DNA of 42,022 nt from a virus (taxonomy: Duplodnaviria > Caudoviricetes). Below, in pieces: positions 1-8,921 of the stretch. The stretch spans positions 1 through 42,022 of the IMG/VR virus record IMGVR_UViG_3300025296_000034; one strand, written 5' to 3'. Below the pieces are notes generated by a model. It did not search any database. It was not told the DNA's origin and was given only the letters and a program-made list of their open reading frames with translations. The number at the start of each line of letters is the position of its first letter. Positions within the stretch are counted from its first letter, which is position 1. A program made the position numbers and the translations under genes.

Positions 1-2
1 GG

Positions 3-3000
3 GGGGGGGAGCCGAAGGACTGGACCTCCAGCGAGCAAACGGAGTTTGCCGAGCTGATGGGTTTGGCTGAAAGGCACCGCGAGGAGCTTGAGTGGCGGGC
101 GAGCGAGCAGGCGAAGGAACGGGCGCTCGGCATCCTCTCTGGTACTCCCGTGCCCGCGCACACGATTAGCGAACTCGCCCGGCTGCGCGAGCGCGGCAAC
201 CAAGCCCTGGAAGAGTCCGTGATCTCTCAGCACGAAGCTGACCTCGCCCGGCAGGCAGAGGGGTTGGCCCCAGAAGCCGCTGTGGAGCCCGCTGTTGAGG
301 GCGGGATCCCTGAGCGTCCGAGGCCCACCCAGCAGCCTGCGGTCACTGAGGAGCCTGTGAGCGCCCCTCAGGCCCCTGTGCAGCCTGAGCCGCAGCCAGC
401 CCCCTCACCGCTGACCTCCAGTCAGGTCAAGCGGATACGGCTGAAGCGCGGTCGGATGGCTGCTCGGCTCGCGCGGCTGATCGAGCGGGACGTTGAGCAG
501 GGGCTGGATCCTGACAAGGACGAGGCGGTTCTGGAGCTACGCCAGGAGATCGACCGCATGCCGCGCCCGCCGATGGAGGCTGTGACGCCGCCGAGGCGGG
601 AGGAGCCGAGCCGCCAGGAGCAGGCCATCGAGGCGGCAGAAGCGGGCGAGCCCTTTGTCGCGCGTGAGCCTGGGGCCGAGTGGGGCGAGGAGCCCGCGCC
701 CGCGCGGCTAGACACGCCTGAAGCCTACGAGGCGTGGCACAAGCGTACCTTCGCCCCAGACGAGGCCGAGGGGTATGACGTAGGGGCTAACGCCGCGCTC
801 ATCGCGGACACCCTGCGGGACGAAGACGTGGGGATGCTCGTTCTTGTGGACATGCCCGTGGAGCGTTTGGACGTGGGCGTGGGGCCTGAAATTGACTACC
901 GGGCGGATCGGTACGAGGAGCTTCTGCGCATGAGCCCCGAGGAGGCTGCGGCTCTCCCCCCGATCACCGCCATCGAGCAGCGGGTTGTGTCCCCGGCTGG
1001 CGATGTGGGCAAGCAGACGCAGCCCATCGACGGCGCGATGCGCGTGGCGGCGTTGCAGAAAAACCCCAACGTCACGACGGTACGCGCCTACGTTTCTCAG
1101 AAGATGATGCCCAGGTATGTGATGTGGGGCGCTCGCCAAGTAGATCCCACGGTCGCAGAGCGTCCCACCTCGGGCATCGAGCCCGCGCCCGCGCCCGACA
1201 CGCCCGCCTTCCGCAACTGGTTCGGGGACGGGATAAGAGACAAGAACGGTGACCCGCTGGTGCTGTACCACGGGACGCGCGGAGCCCAAACCCCCGAGGG
1301 CCGCGCGCCTTTTGACGTGTTCGATGTGGAGGGCGAAATGGGTGCCCACTTCGGAACAGCCAGGGCTGCTCAAAAGCGCCTGGAGGGAACCCGCATGGCG
1401 TGGACCGGGCAGACCCGCGCGGGTTGGGGTGGCGAGGCCATCATGCCGGTGTATCTAGCCATCCAAAACCCATATCAGATTGACGACATGCTCGATTCTT
1501 GGGGTCCGGGGCATGTCTACCTACAGATGGTGCATGACGACGACCTCGACTGGAGTTTGTGGAAGGGTGGCCGACGCGGGATGGAGGAAGACTTGGAGTG
1601 GGGCGACCCCGCCCCTTTACAGGACTTCCTGAGACTCAACGGCTACGACGGTCTTGCATACATCAACAAGGTGGAGGATTCCGGCTCGACCTCCTACGTC
1701 GCCTTCGACTCCACCCAGGTCAAGTCGGCCACGGGCAACGTAGGCGCGTTCGACCCCGCCGACCCCAGCATCGTGCGCGAGCCCGCAGCCGAGTGGGGCG
1801 CGGAGGCCGCGCCACCTGGATCGTCCGTTCCCTTGGCGACCGGCGAAGAGACGCTAGACATCAAACCGACAGGCAAGCGCGGCCAGCCAAAACTGGTGGA
1901 CGTGGCTCGCGCAACAGCGCGGCGCGCAAAGCGCACAGGGTCACATATCCCGTGGGCGCAGCATGACGAGGAGGCGGAGGCCCTAATAGCTCGCTCCCTC
2001 GGCCACGAACTCGAGTATCAGTTGCAGCAGGGCGGCTTGGATAGCGGGGTTGGGTGGTACACAACCGCCGTCGATCAGATGTTCGAGGCCCTGTCGCAAG
2101 AGTTCCCTGAACTCGCCACCGAAGGCAGGGCTCGCGCAATCTACACGATGTTCCTGGCCATTGGGTCTAACGGGGTCACGGTACACCAGAACGTGACATC
2201 CGCGCTCACCGCCTATCGCGGCTTCAAGAAAAACGGGTCGCTATACCAGCCAAAGGCTACTCTCGGCGCGGCAGCGCCCGCCCAAAAGAAGGCCATGCGC
2301 ACCATGCAGGCGGTGGCGAAGCGTGTTGGGTTAGACGCTGCGCTTGCGGCGCTGGATCGGGAATCGACCAAGCGCGAGTTTGTGGCCGATGGGTATCGCG
2401 TCGGCGGCGAGCTTATGGACTCGACCGTGCCGGGCTCGGCGGTTTATTGGGGTCCAAAGGTTGGGGTCTTCTACGCCAACATGCGTGGGCGCACGCACCT
2501 GTTGACGATGGACCGATGGTTTGTCCGCTCGTTTGCGAGAGCCACCGGGAACATGGAGGGCAATACCCCGCGCGCCCTATCGAACCAGCGCGCCGCCCTG
2601 CGCGAGGTTTTGCCGAAGGGCCGCATCAAGGGGTGGCGTCGCGGGCAGTTGATGAAGGACGACGCCTACCTCGACGAGTACGCCCTTGAGCTTGAGGAGG
2701 CTTACCGCAACGCGGACTACGAGTTCAAGACGCCCCTAAACATCAAGGCCAATACATTAGGGAAAACCTTGAACAAGGGCGGCGTCCTTCGCGAGTCTCC
2801 TGCCAGCGGCGGGGAGAGGGCGTTCATGCGCCGCACGATTGTGCGCATACAGGCGGACAGAGCGTCGGCTGGCCTGCCGTTCGTCGCGGTCGCAGACATT
2901 CAGGCTGCGCTGTGGTACTATGAGAAGGCGCTACACCGTGGATTTGGGACCGCAGACCTAGCTAGTGCGGAGACAGACTATGCCCGAGCAACAAGAGAGC

Positions 3001-6000
3001 AACTTGGAATACCCGCCGATGAAGCCGCACCTCGCGGACGACGAGGTGGAAGAGCCGCTAGTGACGACGGGGGAAGAGGAGGAGCGCCACTTGGCGAGGA
3101 TGTCCAAGCGGGCGGCGTCGTCCGAGAACGACCCGCGCCCGCCCCAGTCGACTTAGGCTTCCCCGAGGGCACGGCGACCGAGGAGGAGGTTGCGCGCCCC
3201 GAGGCAGCTCAAGAGGACCAGCGCCTCGCCACGCTGCTGCAAGGCGGCGAGATCAAGATGGGGTCCGAGGACTCGATCTCCGCGCTCGCGAGCAACTACG
3301 TCCACAACCCTGGCCCCAACAGCTTCGCGGTCGTTGGCAGCCGGGTCGAGTCCGACACCGACGCGGCGGTTCTGTTCAGCCTGCTTCGCTCGCCGCACGT
3401 TGAGCGGTCCTCATACATGGTCGTGGACGAGGACGGGGTGGTGGTGGCGAGCGGCATCCTGAATGTTGGCGGGATGTCCATGTCTGTCTTCCCGCACCCG
3501 ATGGAGACTCCAGGTGCTTCGGCACCCGCCGCGCGGCCTCTGGTGGAGGCGGTGCAGGAGGTGCGAGGTCGCGGACAAACGCCGACCGTTTATCTGGCGC
3601 ACAACCACCCATCTGGCAACCCCAAACCCTCGGCGCAAGACATAGAAACATACGCTGGCCTTGGGGATATGGTGAACGGGCTTGGGGCGGGCATGGTGGG
3701 GCTCATCACGGACGGGGAGCAGTTTTCCGTATACGAAAGCACCGACACGTCGGTTGATCGTGAGCACCCCTACCGCGACATCCCTCCAGGTTCACCGCCC
3801 GAAGCCTACGTCACCCTCCACGACTACACCCCGCTGCGCGACAACTACCAAGGCCCGGCCTTCCTCCTCAAAGGACGCGCACCTAACGTGCGGAGCAACG
3901 CGGCTGTTGTTGACCTGTTGCGTCGGGTCACCGTCGACCCAGGGTCGGTTGTGGTGATCCTTCACGACACCCTGGGGCTGGTGCAGGGCGTGGTAACCAT
4001 GCCCGCAGCGCCGAGCCCTGAAGCCTTACGGGCGCTCCTCGACCAGCACGCGGGCTCGGGTGCGATCCTGGTGATGGAGAAGGATGGGCCGGGGGGGACG
4101 CCCCATTCGGCGCACCGCCTCGGGGAAGGCTACGGGGGCGCGGCAACCAGTGTCGTGCTCGTCGATAAAGACGGGCGTAGCGGGCTGGGGTGGCGGGGAA
4201 TTCCCGGCGAGTGGAGGAGAAGGCAAGGCGAGGAGGCCGTGCAGTCTTGGATGGAAGGGCAGGGCCTGCTGAACGAGGCTCAGGCGGCTAACAACAACGC
4301 CAACAGCGAGTCGGTCACGGTGGCGCGCGAGAACCCGGCGAAGCACAAGGTTGATGTTTCGATCCCGCTCGCCGCGCGCGCGAAGCGTCAGCTTTTTACG
4401 AAGGGCAACCTCCCCTCCACAGCCTTCGACCTGGATGTTGGGCGCAAGGGGCAGATCGCTGCGCGCGAGCACCAAGTCAAGGCTGCGCTGGAGTCGTTCC
4501 GCGTGGCGGCGAAGGAGGCTTACGGTTCCGACCGCCTCACGGACGAGCAGCTTGGCGCGCTCAACGAGGTGCTCGCCGGGCGCGCGGAGGTGGGCACGAT
4601 CCCCGAAGGGATGCGCCGCCCAGTTACCGGCATGCGCAAGATGGTGGATGCGCTCTCGCGCGACCTGATCCGGTCGGGGGTCATCGAGGGCGACATGCTG
4701 GAAACCGTTCAGAACAACATGGGGTTCTACCTCACGCGCTCGTACCGCGTGTTCGATGACCCGACTTGGTCGAAGAAGGTGCCGGAAGAGACTGTGCGGC
4801 GTGCGCACTCGTTCCTCGCTGCGGAGTTCCCCGAGAAGTCCGACGCGGAGATCAACGGGATGATCAAGCACCTGCTCCACGACGGCAAGGCGGCGGACTC
4901 ACCGATGGCCCTGATTGCGCAGAGCCAGTTGGGGGCGAAGGATCTCTCGATCCTCACGCGGCGCAAGGACATAGCCCCTGAGATCCGCGAGTTGTTCGGG
5001 GAGCACATCGACCCGCGCATCAACTTCGCGCGCTCGGTCGCCAAGATGTCCTTCCTGGTAGCCAACCACCGATTCCTCGAGGAGGCGCTCGCGGCTGGGC
5101 TGGAGGGCGGGTGGATACGCAAGCCTGAGGATGGGGCGACGCCCACGAACTTCGTGCAGATTGCGCCTGAAGGCTCGGACGTGATGAACCCGCTGTCTGG
5201 GCACTACACCAGCCCAGAGATTGCGCAGGCGTTCGAGGACGCCACGGCCAAGGAGGAGGTTCCCGACTGGCTGCGCATGTACCTGAAGCTCAACGGTGCG
5301 GTCAAGGTTGGCAAGACCGTCCTGTCGGTCACGACGGCGCAGCGCAACGTCCTGAGCAACATCGGCTTCGCGCTGACAGCCGGGCACTTTGAGTTCTGGC
5401 ACGCCAAGAAGGCGTGGGCCGCGACATGGAACCAGATCCTGCGCAAGCCCAAGGAGAAGCACCTCGAGTACGTCACCCACCTGATCGAGCTGGGCGTGCT
5501 GGACGAGGGGGCTCGGCCCGGCGAGTTGATGGAGATGATTCGCGAAGCCTCGCAGTCGGACATGGCTTCGCAATTCCTCGAGTCGCGCGCGATGCGGATG
5601 GCTAAGGCACCCTTCCGTGCGGCCATGCGTTACTACCGCGCGGGCGACATGCTCTGGAAGGTGTACGGGTTCGAGAACGAGAAGACGCTGCAACGCCGCA
5701 TGAACCCCAAGGCGTCGAAGGCGGAGATCGAGCGGCTCGCTGCGAAGACGGTTCGCTCGTCGTACCCCACCTACTCCATGGTGCCTCGCCTCGGCAAGCA
5801 CCTGCGCCGCTTCCCGGCGTTCGGCACGTTCATCAGCTTCCCCGCCGAGGTCATGCGCATCACGGGAACGACGACGGTTCGCATCAAGAGCGAGCTGTCG
5901 AGCAGCAACCCTGAGGCGCGGCGGGTTGGCGCTCGCCGTCTTGTTGGGGCCGGGCTCGCGGCATCCATCCCCAGCGCCCTCGCGTGGTACTCGCGCTACC

Positions 6001-6905
6001 TGTTCGGGATCGACTGGGAGGACGAGAAGGACATGCGCGAGTTCATGGCATCGTGGAACCAGAACGGGGAGCTGTATTGGAGCAAGGCTGGCGACGGCTG
6101 GCTCGGGTTCGTCGACCTGAGCTACGTCGACCCGTTCAAGTACGTCAAGACGCCCATCATGGCTCTGCTGGCAAACCACTCCATCGAGGACGCGGTGAGG
6201 GAGACGGTCACCGAGTCGATCAAGCCGTTCCTGGGGGAGGAGATTCTCTTCGGCAAGATCAAGGAGGCTTACGCCATCGGCACCGACGCCAAGGAGCAGC
6301 CTTTCTGGACCCGAGGGCTGCCCTTTGACGAGCGCGCTCAGGAGGTTCTCAGCACGCTGTGGGAGGCTTTTGAGCCCGGCACTATTAGGAGCCTCGACCG
6401 GACGTGGAAGGGCATACGCGGCTACGAGAGCCCTGGTGGGGTGACCTACGACCCCACCCGCGAGATGGTTGCCATGTTTACCGGCCAGCGGCTGACGGAG
6501 TTCAACCTCGAGCAGGCCGTGGGGTACAGGTCCAAGGACTTCTCGCGAGAGTGGGGCGACGCCACGCGCCTCATCACGGGCACGCTCGGTCGGCGCGGAA
6601 CCGTGACGGACGCGGAGATTCGCAAGGCGCTGGAGAACGGCGAGCACGCGCGGCGCGAGGCGTGGGATGGGATGCAGCGGCGGCACCGCGCGGCGATGCG
6701 CCTCGGCCTCTCGGACATGCTACTCGAGGACATCTACCGGGAGGCGGGCCTGTCCTCCAGGCTGGCCCTGGATGTGACCTTCGACGATTACCTGCCCTGG
6801 GAGATGTCTGGTTCGACAGAGAAGCGGTGGGAGGACAAGCTCGGGTTTGAGGAGTGGGATCGGCGGCGTGGTCTGCTGGAGGAGTGGGCTGGTGAACAAC
6901 GGTAA
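3..6905 (+). CDS. C-terminal ~2300 aa of a giant polyvalent internal virion (DNA-ejection) protein: ParB/Srx-like, ART-PolyVal-like ADP-ribosyltransferase, HhH-glycosylase-like, JAB/RadC and helical C-terminal domains; 5'-partial
   Basis: Frame is open from base 3, upstream of the tracked ATG at 57. Motifs: PPITA..PIDGAMRVAAL (ParB-like); FRNWFG..PLVLYHGT..PVYLAIQNP..GYDGL..YVAFDSTQVKSATGNVGAFDP (ART-PolyVal-like); GVGWY..GPKVGVFYANMRG..LTMDRW (HhH-like); YLAHNHPSGNPKPSAQD (JAB). Probably continues the ORF starting at 40065. Confidence 0.85.
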   Translation, partial: GGEPKDWTSSEQTEFAELMGLAERHREELEWRASEQAKERALGILSGTPVPAHTISELARLRERGNQALEESVISQHEADLARQAEGLAPEAAVEPAVEGGIPERPRPTQQPAVTEEPVSAPQAPVQPEPQPAPSPLTSSQVKRIRLKRGRMAARLARLIERDVEQGLDPDKDEAVLELRQEIDRMPRPPMEAVTPPRREEPSRQEQAIEAAEAGEPFVAREPGAEWGEEPAPARLDTPEAYEAWHKRTFAPDEAEGYDVGANAALIADTLRDEDVGMLVLVDMPVERLDVGVGPEIDYRADRYEELLRMSPEEAAALPPITAIEQRVVSPAGDVGKQTQPIDGAMRVAALQKNPNVTTVRAYVSQKMMPRYVMWGARQVDPTVAERPTSGIEPAPAPDTPAFRNWFGDGIRDKNGDPLVLYHGTRGAQTPEGRAPFDVFDVEGEMGAHFGTARAAQKRLEGTRMAWTGQTRAGWGGEAIMPVYLAIQNPYQIDDMLDSWGPGHVYLQMVHDDDLDWSLWKGGRRGMEEDLEWGDPAPLQDFLRLNGYDGLAYINKVEDSGSTSYVAFDSTQVKSATGNVGAFDPADPSIVREPAAEWGAEAAPPGSSVPLATGEETLDIKPTGKRGQPKLVDVARATARRAKRTGSHIPWAQHDEEAEALIARSLGHELEYQLQQGGLDSGVGWYTTAVDQMFEALSQEFPELATEGRARAIYTMFLAIGSNGVTVHQNVTSALTAYRGFKKNGSLYQPKATLGAAAPAQKKAMRTMQAVAKRVGLDAALAALDRESTKREFVADGYRVGGELMDSTVPGSAVYWGPKVGVFYANMRGRTHLLTMDRWFVRSFARATGNMEGNTPRALSNQRAALREVLPKGRIKGWRRGQLMKDDAYLDEYALELEEAYRNADYEFKTPLNIKANTLGKTLNKGGVLRESPASGGERAFMRRTIVRIQADRASAGLPFVAVADIQAALWYYEKALHRGFGTADLASAETDYARATREQLGIPADEAAPRGRRGGRAASDDGGRGGAPLGEDVQAGGVVRERPAPAPVDLGFPEGTATEEEVARPEAAQEDQRLATLLQGGEIKMGSEDSISALASNYVHNPGPNSFAVVGSRVESDTDAAVLFSLLRSPHVERSSYMVVDEDGVVVASGILNVGGMSMSVFPHPMETPGASAPAARPLVEAVQEVRGRGQTPTVYLAHNHPSGNPKPSAQDIETYAGLGDMVNGLGAGMVGLITDGEQFSVYESTDTSVDREHPYRDIPPGSPPEAYVTLHDYTPLRDNYQGPAFLLKGRAPNVRSNAAVVDLLRRVTVDPGSVVVILHDTLGLVQGVVTMPAAPSPEALRALLDQHAGSGAILVMEKDGPGGTPHSAHRLGEGYGGAATSVVLVDKDGRSGLGWRGIPGEWRRRQGEEAVQSWMEGQGLLNEAQAANNNANSESVTVARENPAKHKVDVSIPLAARAKRQLFTKGNLPSTAFDLDVGRKGQIAAREHQVKAALESFRVAAKEAYGSDRLTDEQLGALNEVLAGRAEVGTIPEGMRRPVTGMRKMVDALSRDLIRSGVIEGDMLETVQNNMGFYLTRSYRVFDDPTWSKKVPEETVRRAHSFLAAEFPEKSDAEINGMIKHLLHDGKAADSPMALIAQSQLGAKDLSILTRRKDIAPEIRELFGEHIDPRINFARSVAKMSFLVANHRFLEEALAAGLEGGWIRKPEDGATPTNFVQIAPEGSDVMNPLSGHYTSPEIAQAFEDATAKEEVPDWLRMYLKLNGAVKVGKTVLSVTTAQRNVLSNIGFALTAGHFEFWHAKKAWAATWNQILRKPKEKHLEYVTHLIELGVLDEGARPGELMEMIREASQSDMASQFLESRAMRMAKAPFRAAMRYYRAGDMLWKVYGFENEKTLQRRMNPKASKAEIERLAAKTVRSSYPTYSMVPRLGKHLRRFPAFGTFISFPAEVMRITGTTTVRIKSELSSSNPEARRVGARRLVGAGLAASIPSALAWYSRYLFGIDWEDEKDMREFMASWNQNGELYWSKAGDGWLGFVDLSYVDPFKYVKTPIMALLANHSIEDAVRETVTESIKPFLGEEILFGKIKEAYAIGTDAKEQPFWTRGLPFDERAQEVLSTLWEAFEPGTIRSLDRTWKGIRGYESPGGVTYDPTREMVAMFTGQRLTEFNLEQAVGYRSKDFSREWGDATRLITGTLGRRGTVTDAEIRKALENGEHARREAWDGMQRRHRAAMRLGLSDMLLEDIYREAGLSSRLALDVTFDDYLPWEMSGSTEKRWEDKLGFEEWDRRRGLLEEWAGEQR

Positions 6906-7122
6906 CGGCGTCAAGGTGTGGCAGATGTTGAGTACCGTGCTCGGTTCGGTTCTGCTGGTGGCGGGCACTAACTGGGCGATGATTGAAGTACACGGATCCA
7001 ACCCTCACAGGGACGCTGTTCCTCGCTTAGAGTTGGATGCGCGTCTTGCGGCGGTCGAGGCTGAGTTGTCTTCGATTCACCGCGAGCTAACGCTGCTCCG
7101 CGAGGGGTTGCGCGACCGATAA
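6892..7122 (+). CDS. Small membrane protein with one TM helix and a coiled coil (holin-like/lysis accessory)
   Basis: GTG at 6892 after GGAGGA; hydrophobic MLSTVLGSVLLVAG, then heptad-like LDARLAAVEAELSSIHRELTLL. Confidence 0.6.
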   Translation: MNNGNGVKVWQMLSTVLGSVLLVAGTNWAMIEVHGSNPHRDAVPRLELDARLAAVEAELSSIHRELTLLREGLRDR

Positions 7123-7142
7123 CCACAGCAAGGAGAGCCCGT

Positions 7143-7328
7143 ATGAAGGGCGGAGAATTCACTACAGAGTTTTGGATGTGCGCGGGCGCGATGTTCGTGT
7201 GTGCGCTTGCTTCGTGGTCCTGCATGGCTGCGGGACTGGACATCGGGGCAGGGGCCTCGGCCTTTGGCGCGGCCTGGGTTGCTGGCAGCTATGCCACCAG
7301 CCGCTCGGCGGCGAAGGGGGGGGAGTGA
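7143..7328 (+). CDS. Putative holin (two TM helices)
   Basis: AAGGAG RBS; 61 aa; TTEFW N-terminal motif seen in small phage holins; two hydrophobic segments. Confidence 0.6.
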   Translation: MKGGEFTTEFWMCAGAMFVCALASWSCMAAGLDIGAGASAFGAAWVAGSYATSRSAAKGGE

Positions 7329-7585
7329 TGCGTTACCTGATTCTCCTCCTGGGCCTGTCCTGGCTCTTGCAGTCTTGCGAGTCGGCAGGCGTGGTTGGTG
7401 AGTGGCTTGTTGCCCCGGCGGCTGGCGGTGAGGGGACGCAGGGCGACGCGGCTGTTGAGGCCGCTGGTTCCCTGGCTACGACCCTCGTCCCGGCAGCCGG
7501 TGCCGTGGTGCCAGCAGCCGTAGGACTCCTCAAGGTCACGCTCGGCATGCTCGCCAAGGCTCGCGGGGGCAAGAGCGAGGCGTAG
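7328..7585 (+). CDS. Putative lipoprotein (spanin-like)
   Basis: ATG overlaps the upstream TGA; signal peptide MRYLILLLGLSWLLQSC with lipobox-like LQSC; further hydrophobic segment near the C-terminus. Confidence 0.55.
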   Translation: MRYLILLLGLSWLLQSCESAGVVGEWLVAPAAGGEGTQGDAAVEAAGSLATTLVPAAGAVVPAAVGLLKVTLGMLAKARGGKSEA

Positions 7586-8178
7586 TGTCTTTCGCGACAG
7601 TCACATGGGGGCGCTCGATTGGGGACAGCCGTCCTGGGTCGGGCGTCATCTCTGAGGGCTGGGTCCACTACGACAACAGCAACAACCGCCTCGAGTTATA
7701 CGACGGCACCAACTGGAATGTGCTGCTGACGGCTGCCGTGTACCACGGTCGAGCGACCTCGGCGCAGACCGGCTGGGGTGCGTCGCTAGCATACACCGAG
7801 TGGGACGATGACATCGTGATCGACACGGCATACTACACCCACTCAACGACGACGGACCCGGAGCTTGTTCAGGTCGACGTGGCAGGCCGCTACCTGATGA
7901 TCACCTCCATCGGGTTTACTAGCACCGGGACCGGCAACGGGCGTTTTGGTTTTCAGAAGGACACCGCCGGAAACGGCACTTTCACCACCGTAGCGTCTGG
8001 GCAATTCTACGAGAGCATCGACACGGCTGGGGCTCGGGTGTCAACGGACCACGCCTGTGTTGTTTCCGCCGCCGTAGACGACCAGATCCGGGTAGTCATG
8101 CTCCGCTACGCGCTGGGCACCTTCGACACAATAGCCAACATCTCCACGTTGACGTTGGTCTACCTGGGGCCGAGCTGA
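7585..8178 (+). CDS. Virion fibre/spike-like protein with a C1q/TNF-like beta-sandwich
   Basis: N-terminal YDNSNNRLELYDGTNW fibre-type motif; VQVDVAGRYLM..DQIRV pattern typical of C1q/BclA-like domains. Confidence 0.5.
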   Translation: MSFATVTWGRSIGDSRPGSGVISEGWVHYDNSNNRLELYDGTNWNVLLTAAVYHGRATSAQTGWGASLAYTEWDDDIVIDTAYYTHSTTTDPELVQVDVAGRYLMITSIGFTSTGTGNGRFGFQKDTAGNGTFTTVASGQFYESIDTAGARVSTDHACVVSAAVDDQIRVVMLRYALGTFDTIANISTLTLVYLGPS

Positions 8179-8354
8179 TGGCGGAGAGGGGCTACTACAC
8201 GTTGGCGTGCCTGCGTTGCAGCAAGATCGTGGAGGTCGAGGCGGATGTCGTGGACGCGGCGTCTACTCCCGGCACGCTGCCCAACTGCGCGACGTGCTCG
8301 GCCAACGACCAGATGCGCCACATCGCCTCGCGCATCGAGGAGGACGGGGGGTGA
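8178..8354 (+). CDS. 58-aa zinc-ribbon protein (not in ORF track)
   Basis: Own translation: MAERGYYTLACLRCSKIVEVEADVVDAASTPGTLPNCATCSANDQMRHIASRIEEDGG; CxxC..CxxC; start and stop overlap both neighbours (TGATG, GTGA). Confidence 0.7.
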   Translation: MAERGYYTLACLRCSKIVEVEADVVDAASTPGTLPNCATCSANDQMRHIASRIEEDGG

Positions 8355-8911
8355 ATCCCCTCACCGCCGTAGACGAGAGGTTGCAGGCGCTTGAGCCTGT
8401 TGCCCGTCGGGCGGTGAACAGCCTGTGCGTCCCGCTCTCAGTGTGGGAAGACGCACACGCGGCGGCGATGGCTAGAATTTGGCAGGAGCTTGATCGCTAC
8501 GACCCAGAGCGGTTCCCCGGCAGGCCGCTGGAGGCGTGGGTGTACCAGCGAGCCCGGTGGGGTGTTCAAGACGAGTTGCGGAGGATCGACCACCTGGGGG
8601 GATATGACCGCCCCCGGCGGCGGTGCGTCGAGTACATCGACATGGCCGACCCGCGTTTCCAGGGGCTTCACGGCATGTTGTGTTCGCAGGCTGGCCCCGC
8701 CGACGTGGCTGCGGCCAAGGATCTTTGTAGCCACATCGTCGGCCTAGTATCTCCCGAGCAGGCGGAGGTGTACCGGCTCAAGGTGAGGGGTTTGAGCATG
8801 CGTGAGATTGCCGGTCTACTCGGCGTTACGCGCAACGCGGTTTACTCCCGAACCCATTACGCGCGGAAGCGGTTAGAGAGACATTCCTCTGCCCTGACGG
8901 CAGCAACCTGA
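8351..8911 (+). CDS. RNA polymerase sigma-70 family factor (ECF/FliA-like, regions 2 and 4)
   Basis: GTG 8351 after GAGGAGG; region 2 LDRYDPERF..AWVYQRARWGVQDELRRID; region 4 HTH GLSMREIAGLLGVTRNAVYSRTHYARKRL. Confidence 0.85.
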   Translation: MNPLTAVDERLQALEPVARRAVNSLCVPLSVWEDAHAAAMARIWQELDRYDPERFPGRPLEAWVYQRARWGVQDELRRIDHLGGYDRPRRRCVEYIDMADPRFQGLHGMLCSQAGPADVAAAKDLCSHIVGLVSPEQAEVYRLKVRGLSMREIAGLLGVTRNAVYSRTHYARKRLERHSSALTAAT

Positions 8912-8921
8912 GAGGACAACG

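Noticed and set aside
4899-6686. Long antisense ORFs (also 25571-27115, 23686-24795, 14689-15753, 40764-41864)
   Set aside because: Shadow frames of real genes in high-GC DNA; no motifs or RBS; opposite to operon direction
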